Part shown: piece by piece, positions 57,685 through 64,000 of the stretch | Position numbering within the stretch: the stretch's first letter is position 1 | Layout of the letters: each line of letters begins with the position of its first letter | Assembly: GCA_964467325.1 (NCBI GenBank) | Contig: CAYXSG010000001.1 | Coordinates: 8,953-72,952 of the forward strand | Source of the DNA: an uncultured Candidatus Saccharibacteria bacterium | Lineage (GTDB): Bacteria; Patescibacteriota; Minisyncoccia; Phycocordibacterales; JAKAEA01 | Direction of reading: 5' to 3' | DNA length: 64,000 bases | Translations under genes and position numbers: made by a program | The notes under the pieces: generated by a model | The model's database searches: none | Seen by the model: the letters and a program-made list of their open reading frames with translations, nothing else | Told to the model about the DNA's origin: nothing

Positions 57685-58032
57685 ATGGAAAGAGAATATA
57701 AAGGCACAATAGTAGAGGAAAGTTTAGAAGACAATAGAATACTTAATGGTGTTGAAATTGTTGGATTCAGAATATCAAAAAACGAAAACCCGCAAGATAG
57801 ATGGCATCTTTACACTGTAAAAGTATCAAAAGAAGATATTAAGAAAATATCCAAATATATAAAATTGGGTAAGTGGTATATGCACTTTTGGAAAGATAAA
57901 GATGTTTTCGCCGTTTTTAAGAATAAAGTTTTTGGGTTCAAATATGATAACAAATCTACTTGGAAGGATGCGGTTGAATATGGATTATCACTTGGTATCC
58001 CTAAAGAGCAACTTGATTTTGTAATTGAGTAG
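57685..58032 (+). CDS. Conserved hypothetical protein (AT-rich)
   Basis: IVEESL, WYMHF, A.EYG...GIP.EQLDF. Confidence 0.75.
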   Translation: MEREYKGTIVEESLEDNRILNGVEIVGFRISKNENPQDRWHLYTVKVSKEDIKKISKYIKLGKWYMHFWKDKDVFAVFKNKVFGFKYDNKSTWKDAVEYGLSLGIPKEQLDFVIE

Positions 58033-58132
58033 GTATAAGATATAACCACGTTCGCCACGACGGTGGCACCGGAGATCCCCCCCAGTTTTCTGGGGGGAAT
58101 CGTTTTATAAAAAATCCGAAATCACCCCCAAC

Positions 58133-58271
58133 TCAGAACCCCTGCGGCTCGCAGACTCGCCACTCCCCTTTATCTAAAGGGGAGATACCGACTTGCTAAC
58201 AAACTCTTATGCAAGTTCTTCTCTCCTCTTTAGACAAAGAGGAGTGGCCTTCTTAGGCCGAGGTGTTCTGA
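58133..58271. repeat. REPIN/MITE-like inverted doublet of hairpin elements
   Basis: Left GCCACTCCCCTTTATCTAAAGGGGAGA vs reverse complement of right GCCACTCCTCTTTGTCTAAAGAGGAGA (24/27); outer TCAGAAC/GTTCTGA. Confidence 0.75.
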
Positions 58272-58341
58272 ATTCTAGATAAAATCTTTCTAAAGCCTTG
58301 TAAACAGTCTGGCTGGTTTGGGCGTGGTAGACTGGGTGAAT

Positions 58342-59991
58342 ATGACTCAAAAGCAAGCGCTGGAGATTTTGAAGATGGGGAAAAATGTGTTTGTGACCGG
58401 CGCGGCGGGCAGCGGCAAGACACATCTGATCAATCAGTACATAAAATATTTGCGGGAGTTTGACGTGGACATCGGCGTGACGGCGTCCACAGGAATTGCG
58501 GCGACGCACATGGGCGGCGTGACGATTCATTCGTGGAGCGGCATGGGCGTGAAGGCCGATTTGTCGGCGTACGACTTGGAAGCGTTGGAAGAAAAATCTT
58601 ATTTATGGAAAAGGTTTGAGCGCGTGAAGGTTTTGATTATTGATGAAGTTTCCATGCTTCATCATTTCCGGTTGGATTTGGTGGACAAAATTTTGCGGAC
58701 GATGAAACGCAATGACGAGCCGTTTGGCGGGATTCAAGTCGTGCTTTGCGGCGACTTTTTCCAACTGCCGCCGGTCGCGCGCGCTGACGAGCCGGAAGCT
58801 AAGTTTGTGTACCGAGCAAAAGCGTGGCGCGAAGCCGGTTTTACAATTTGCTATTTGACGGAGCAGTTTCGCCAGAAAGACGATGCATGCCTTTCCATTT
58901 TAAACGAAATCCGGAGCGGCGAAGTGTCGGACGAAGCGCGTGAGAGTTTGAAAGAAAGATTTAATAAAAAAACTTTGAAGAATGTGGAGCCGACGCGGCT
59001 TTTTACGCACAACGTGGATGTGGATTCGGTGAACTCAAACGAGCTTGGTAAAGTGGAAGCTGAAGAAGCGAGCTACCAAATGGAATCGCGCGGGCGAGAA
59101 ATTTTGGTGGAAGCGCTGAAAAAATCCTGTCTCGCGCCGGAAACTTTGCGTTTGAAAAAAGGTGCTCGTGTGATGTGCGTGAAAAATCATCCGGAGGGCA
59201 TGTATGTGAACGGCACGCTCGGCATTGTCGTTTCCTGTGGCTTCGGCCGAGAATTGATTATTCAAAACGCCGCCGGCCGAAACATCACGATTGAAAAAGC
59301 GTCATGGAAAATTGAGGAAGATGGGAAAGTCAAAGCCGAAATTATTCAATACCCATTACGCTTGGCTTGGGCGATTACGGTGCATAAAAGTCAGGGTATG
59401 AGTTTGGACGCCGTCGAAGTGGATTTGTCCAAGTCATTTGAACCTGGGATGGGTTACGTGGCGCTTTCGCGCGTGCGGACTTTGGACGGTCTCACAATTC
59501 TTGGTATAAACGAAATGGCGCTTGCGGTGCATCCGGAAGTTTTGGAATTTGACGGCGATTTGCGCGCCGCTTCAAAAAAAGCGGAAGGCAATTTGGCTGC
59601 GCTTGAGACAAGAGAGATTGCCGAACAGCAGAAAAAATTCTTGGCGCGCATTCGGCCGCTCGTCAAAGAAAAGAAAATTTCCACTTATGAAAAAACCGCC
59701 ATACTCATTCGCGAACGCAAATCGCTTTCGCAAATGGCTAAAGTGCGGGAAGTGAACACTGAGACGATTCTAAGTCACATTGAAAAAATGCTGGAAGAAG
59801 GCATTTCTTTGGATATTGCCTACTTGCGTCACGATATTTCACCAGCGCATTTTAAAAAAATAGAAGAAGTAATGAAAGACATTCACAAAAAAACCGGCGA
59901 AGTTAAACTTTCGCCGGTGAAATACAAACTCGGCCCAAGCATTTCTTTTGCGGAAATCCGGTTGGTGAGATTGCTTTTAAATTTGAGCTAG
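58342..59991 (+). CDS. PIF1 family helicase with C-terminal HTH
   Basis: GAAGSGKT, TASTGIAA, DEVSM, GDFFQLPP, HKSQG, YVALSR. Confidence 0.93.
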   Translation: MTQKQALEILKMGKNVFVTGAAGSGKTHLINQYIKYLREFDVDIGVTASTGIAATHMGGVTIHSWSGMGVKADLSAYDLEALEEKSYLWKRFERVKVLIIDEVSMLHHFRLDLVDKILRTMKRNDEPFGGIQVVLCGDFFQLPPVARADEPEAKFVYRAKAWREAGFTICYLTEQFRQKDDACLSILNEIRSGEVSDEARESLKERFNKKTLKNVEPTRLFTHNVDVDSVNSNELGKVEAEEASYQMESRGREILVEALKKSCLAPETLRLKKGARVMCVKNHPEGMYVNGTLGIVVSCGFGRELIIQNAAGRNITIEKASWKIEEDGKVKAEIIQYPLRLAWAITVHKSQGMSLDAVEVDLSKSFEPGMGYVALSRVRTLDGLTILGINEMALAVHPEVLEFDGDLRAASKKAEGNLAALETREIAEQQKKFLARIRPLVKEKKISTYEKTAILIRERKSLSQMAKVREVNTETILSHIEKMLEEGISLDIAYLRHDISPAHFKKIEEVMKDIHKKTGEVKLSPVKYKLGPSISFAEIRLVRLLLNLS

Positions 59992-60710
59992 AAAGAAGTT
60001 GCGTTCAGGATGGGGAAGTAGACGTTTGCGCTGTTGTTGGCCTTTGAATTTTCGGAAATCGTGTTTGAGGGATTCGCGGTGATGGTGCCCACGTGATTTT
60101 GAGTGTTTGTTGGGTTGCGAAAACCGAGGGTGAATTCAATCCTGTCGCCCGGTCGGAGATTTTGCTGAAGCGGAGAATTGTAGAAAGAATCCGTAACGGA
60201 AGGCAAGTTCGCGGAAAATCCCCAAGCGCCTGTGTCGTTCGTGCCGACGTTTCCAATTTGGAATTTCACGGCTGCTTGCTGGTTGGAATAAATGGTATCT
60301 GAAGGAATGAAAATATTATTTTCGTTGAGAAAACCGGTGGCGATGATGCGCACTTCAAGATCAGGCAAGCCATAAGGATTTGAAACGACCGGCGCTATCG
60401 GTTTTGGTTTTGACACAACTGGTGCTGGAGCTGGCTCCACAACCGGCTCTGGATTTGACGCAATAGTTTCTGTGCTAGTTGGCGCTTGAATGAAAATGTC
60501 GGTGCTGGAGCTGGTTGGCGTAGTTTCGATAAGATTGGTTAATTCTCGAGGAATGAAAACCGATGAGATGGTACTCGAAAGCAGGGAAAGCGTTTGCGGC
60601 ACCACTTTGACTGGCAAAATGATGCAAATTATGAGCAGGACGACAAGCCCAATGAGCGTCAGCACTTTCGCCCAAGTTGGCACATCTTGCGGTTCGTTCG
60701 GTTTTTCCAT
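59988..60710 (-). CDS. Membrane-anchored CARDB/Ig-like domain protein
   Basis: TM, S/T/P linker, PDL.V...N.G...E....NN. Confidence 0.75.
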   Translation of the reverse strand: MEKPNEPQDVPTWAKVLTLIGLVVLLIICIILPVKVVPQTLSLLSSTISSVFIPRELTNLIETTPTSSSTDIFIQAPTSTETIASNPEPVVEPAPAPVVSKPKPIAPVVSNPYGLPDLEVRIIATGFLNENNIFIPSDTIYSNQQAAVKFQIGNVGTNDTGAWGFSANLPSVTDSFYNSPLQQNLRPGDRIEFTLGFRNPTNTQNHVGTITANPSNTISENSKANNSANVYFPILNATSF

Positions 60711-60785
60711 TTGCACAATGATACAACATCCAATTATTAAAGTCAATTTGACTTATTATCCATTAAGTGATATAAGTGTTGCTTC

Positions 60786-61427
60786 ATGGCATTTTTAGAC
60801 ATCGTTTGGAAATACAAATATTTGCTGGCTTTTTACACGGTGGTGATTTCCTTTGGTTCTTTTACCGCACTTTACCTTGTTGGCTTGGTACCGAGCGAGC
60901 TAAAAATGGCAGACGCACCGGCCTACACCATGCTGGCCGCGCCGGCCGAGGTTTTGCCAGTAAATAATAAAGCATCAAAAACTGTAATTGGTCAATTGCC
61001 AAAACGCGTGATAATTTCTAAAATCGGCGTAGATTCTTATGTCAGTAATCCAACTTCGACTGACACGTCTATTTTGAACGAAGCTCTTTTATCGGGCGCA
61101 GTTCGCTATCCCGGCTCCGGCACGCTTGGCCACGGCAATATGTTTCTCTTCGGCCACAGCACCGGCATTCGCATCGTCAACAATCAAGCATACAAGGCGT
61201 TCAATCATCTCAATCAGATGGCGCTTGGCGACACGATTAGCGTGCAATCGTCAGACACGGAATACACCTATTCGGTCACTTCCGTGGCTTTGATTGATAG
61301 CGATGAAAAGCTAGTGGATTTTTCAAAAAATAAAGACATGCTGACGCTTTCTACCTGTGATGTCTTCGGCGAAAAGCAGGAGCGGTATGTCGTTGAAGCC
61401 AAGTTTATAAGTTCTAGAAAACTATAA
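60786..61427 (+). CDS. Sortase
   Basis: N-terminal TM; G.VRYPGS, FGHS, TLSTC, downstream Arg. Confidence 0.9.
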   Translation: MAFLDIVWKYKYLLAFYTVVISFGSFTALYLVGLVPSELKMADAPAYTMLAAPAEVLPVNNKASKTVIGQLPKRVIISKIGVDSYVSNPTSTDTSILNEALLSGAVRYPGSGTLGHGNMFLFGHSTGIRIVNNQAYKAFNHLNQMALGDTISVQSSDTEYTYSVTSVALIDSDEKLVDFSKNKDMLTLSTCDVFGEKQERYVVEAKFISSRKL

Positions 61428-61431
61428 AACC

Positions 61432-64000
61432 ATGACTAAAGTAAAAATATTTTTCATTTTCTTGACGATGATCGTGATTTCCAGCGCTTGGTTTGGCGCT
61501 TCTTTTGTGAACGCTTCGGGCAATGGCACGCTCACAGTTTGTCTCATGTTCACTGATCACGACAACGACATCGTTCACAGTTTCAATAATTCCAATGTGC
61601 CGAATACCAGTTTTAATGTGCCGATTACGGTTCATAACTCCGACGGCACGGTTAAAGTCATTAAAAATGTTTCGGTCAGCACGGCAGATTTTACGCCGAA
61701 CACACGGATTGTTGGCTTGTCGAACGATGCGCAATGCACCACTTACACTTTGCCGATTAGCGATTATTATTACCGCCGCGAAACAATTTCTGGCACGGGT
61801 GCGGACAAATGGGCGCTCGCTACTTACAACGACGAATACAACAGCCGAGTAAAAACCCTAAATGATTTCTACGATTTGGGTACGACCGATGTTGCTGACC
61901 ACACCATTGTGCTTCATGACGATCGGCCGGACCGCCGGCTGGTGGTGCTCAACCGGTTTAACGATTCTTTTGAAATCATTCCGCCACTTACGGCATCTTG
62001 CAGCGCATTGCCCGCCACAGTTTTTCCAAGCAATCCAGTTACTTGGAAAGCTAATGCTGCCGGCGGTGTTGGTGTGTATACATATTCTTGGATTGGCGCT
62101 TTTAGTTCCACTGCTTCCACAACGGTGACTTCTTTTAGCACAACAGGAGTCAAAAATGCCACGGTTAAAGTTACTTCCGGCACGATGACGGCAACGGCCA
62201 ATTGTAATGTTTCCGTGGTCGCTAGACCGGTTTCAACTGGTACTTTGGTTCTAGACAAAACTGTCTTCAATTCTCACGGCGGTACCAAACAACCATCAGA
62301 CTTTTCTTTCTTCATCGGCAACATCCAAGTACCCCTCGGCCAAGCCAACACTTTAACTCCAGGCACTTACACGGTTCATGAAAATAATTTGCCGGGCTAT
62401 GTTGCTGACGGTTGGACAGGTGATTGCACGGCTGATGGTCACGTGACCATTGCGGCTGGCGATGCAAAACACTGCTCGATTATTAACCGAGACGTGGCGC
62501 CGACCGTGACCACGGGCACGGTGACGCTTACGAAATTTGTAATTAATGACAATGGCGGTACCAAACAGCCTTCCGATTTCAGACTTTATGTTGGCACCAC
62601 TTCGGTAACGAGTGGCGTTTCCACAACGTTCTCTGCGGGCACTTACTCGGTTCACGAAGACAATCTATCCGGCTACACGGCTGGCACTTGGATGGGCGAT
62701 TGTACTACAGACGGTCATGTCACAATTGTTGCGGGCCAAAATAAAAATTGTTCAATAACTAACAACGACATTCGTCAAAATCCTCCGCCTCCGCCACCAC
62801 TATCCACCGGCACTCTCACTCTAGACAAAACTGTCTTCAATTCTCACGGCGGTACCAAACAACCATCAGACTTTTCTTTCTTCATCGGCAACATCCAAGT
62901 ACCCCTCGGCCAAGCCAACACTTTAACTCCAGGCACTTACACGGTTCATGAAAATAATTTGCCGGGCTATGTTGCTGACGGTTGGACAGGCGACTGTGCG
63001 GCTGATGGTCACGTGACCATTGCGGCTGGCGATGCGAAACATTGTTCGATTATTAACCGAGATGTGGAGCAAATTCTGCCACCGCCACCAACACCGCCAT
63101 TTTCCATTTCCTGCGCGGTGTTGAACAACCCAACATCGGTTGACCAAAATACTGTTGTGGCTTGGCAGGTTACGTTTGCTTTCCCAACTAGCAATTCCGA
63201 GGCGTATGTCTACAATGCCACGTATGATTGGTCTGGCACGGACGGTCTGACTGGTACAAATCAAACCGTTACCAAATTATATTCCACCCCAGGCACAAAA
63301 AATGCCAGTGTTATAGTTACGTCGCACAATTCTTCCGGCACGGGATACTACACCACTAGCGCCAGCTGTTCCATTCCGGTTAATCCTCCGCCACCACTGC
63401 CGCTTGGCTGCATCGCCATTCATAAAAGTGCTCTTGATTCCAATGGCGTTGCAATTACGCCAGTGCCAACTTTCGGTTTCAAAGTGGACAATGGCGCGGA
63501 ACTTTTCAACGATAACTCTGGCTTGGCCACCGTCTCTGGCTTAAGTGTCGGCACTCACACTGTGACTGAAACTACGAAAGACGGTTGGACCAATACCAAC
63601 ACTACGCCAACCAACGGCTCGGTCTCGGTAGTTGCAGGCAATCAGTGCGCAGATGTTACTTTTGAAAATAAACAAAATGCGCCGGCTGTGGTTCCGGATA
63701 TAATTGCTTCGTGTTCAGCCAATCCTTCCACTGCCAACATCGGCGACACAGTTACGTATTCGGCGAGTGCTTCCGGTGGCAATGGTTCATTCACCTACGC
63801 TTGGAGCGGCGATGAAAATTTGTCCGGTTCAAATAGTTCGGCCAGCGCCTCCTACACAACTGCCGGCACGAAAAGTGCTACCGTGATTGTGTCTTCAGGC
63901 GGCAAAACGGCCACGGCCAATTGTTCTGCTTCAATTGTTGAAGCCACGCCAACCTTAAATGGTTCATGTGCAGCCAATCCATCGGCAGTTAACACGGGCG
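61432..64000 (+). CDS. Large repetitive surface protein (PKD-like and prealbumin/SpaA-like repeats), 3'-truncated; absent from ORF track
   Basis: ATG 61432 MTKVKIFFIFLTMIVISSAWFG signal peptide; no in-frame stop seen; repeats TL.L.K.V.N..GG...C.I.N.D and YTYSW. Confidence 0.85.
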   Translation, partial: MTKVKIFFIFLTMIVISSAWFGASFVNASGNGTLTVCLMFTDHDNDIVHSFNNSNVPNTSFNVPITVHNSDGTVKVIKNVSVSTADFTPNTRIVGLSNDAQCTTYTLPISDYYYRRETISGTGADKWALATYNDEYNSRVKTLNDFYDLGTTDVADHTIVLHDDRPDRRLVVLNRFNDSFEIIPPLTASCSALPATVFPSNPVTWKANAAGGVGVYTYSWIGAFSSTASTTVTSFSTTGVKNATVKVTSGTMTATANCNVSVVARPVSTGTLVLDKTVFNSHGGTKQPSDFSFFIGNIQVPLGQANTLTPGTYTVHENNLPGYVADGWTGDCTADGHVTIAAGDAKHCSIINRDVAPTVTTGTVTLTKFVINDNGGTKQPSDFRLYVGTTSVTSGVSTTFSAGTYSVHEDNLSGYTAGTWMGDCTTDGHVTIVAGQNKNCSITNNDIRQNPPPPPPLSTGTLTLDKTVFNSHGGTKQPSDFSFFIGNIQVPLGQANTLTPGTYTVHENNLPGYVADGWTGDCAADGHVTIAAGDAKHCSIINRDVEQILPPPPTPPFSISCAVLNNPTSVDQNTVVAWQVTFAFPTSNSEAYVYNATYDWSGTDGLTGTNQTVTKLYSTPGTKNASVIVTSHNSSGTGYYTTSASCSIPVNPPPPLPLGCIAIHKSALDSNGVAITPVPTFGFKVDNGAELFNDNSGLATVSGLSVGTHTVTETTKDGWTNTNTTPTNGSVSVVAGNQCADVTFENKQNAPAVVPDIIASCSANPSTANIGDTVTYSASASGGNGSFTYAWSGDENLSGSNSSASASYTTAGTKSATVIVSSGGKTATANCSASIVEATPTLNGSCAANPSAVNTG
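62251..63067 (+). repeat. Intragenic direct repeat, ~247 nt x2 (62251-62497 and 62821-63067)
   Basis: First 170 nt identical, remainder with few substitutions; a diverged third unit lies between. Confidence 0.9.

Noticed and set aside
62251-63067. Repeat pair as DGR template/variable region
   Set aside because: Differences are mostly C/T and not adenine-specific, both copies are in-frame domains, and no reverse transcriptase is present
1-64000. CRISPR array, rRNA, prophage, IS transposase or integrase
   Set aside because: No regularly spaced repeats, rRNA-like tract or recognisable motifs seen
1-64000. Alternative genetic code (UGA=Gly or UAG recoding)
   Set aside because: Conserved genes end normally at TGA (prfA) and TAG (rnj, pheT, nrdJ); only one internal TAG was found

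Overview
A 64-kb chromosomal segment of a reduced-genome bacterium, most likely Patescibacteria/CPR (Parcubacteria-like). This is inferred from short PheS/PheT/EF-Ts/RF1, split transketolase, prepilin-like surface proteins, a sortase and tRNAs without full CCA. TGA is used as stop (code 11). Core genes include class II RNR, rnj, secG, groES/EL, lemA-htpX, gap-rpiB-rpe-tkt, pfkB, fba, rplY, rpmE-prfA, rpsB-tsf, pheST, gyrB and a PIF1 helicase. They are interrupted by many 1-2 gene accessory inserts: HicBA and DinJ-YafQ TA pairs, a NYN nuclease, radical SAM+CYTH, ORFans and two PEP-CTERM proteins. Main observations: (1) Two expression grammars coexist. Core genes look leaderless or SD-less, while seven monocistronic ORFan/PEP-CTERM genes each have a strong SD and their own intrinsic terminator. 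(2) A 660-bp NYN cassette is bounded by a 23-bp duplication of the tkt 3' end and carries a convergent promoter plus an antisense-oriented terminator, predicting a ~40-nt antisense RNA. (3) A 31-bp inverted-repeat site (12-6-12) occurs at two unlinked loci. (4) A REP-like GGTCAGGCAC motif sits at three core/accessory junctions, and a REPIN-like doublet shows a compensatory change. (5) An IrrE/ImmA-like gene is split by one amber codon. No CRISPR array, rRNA, integrase or transposase was seen. All family calls are from motif recognition by eye, not database searches.
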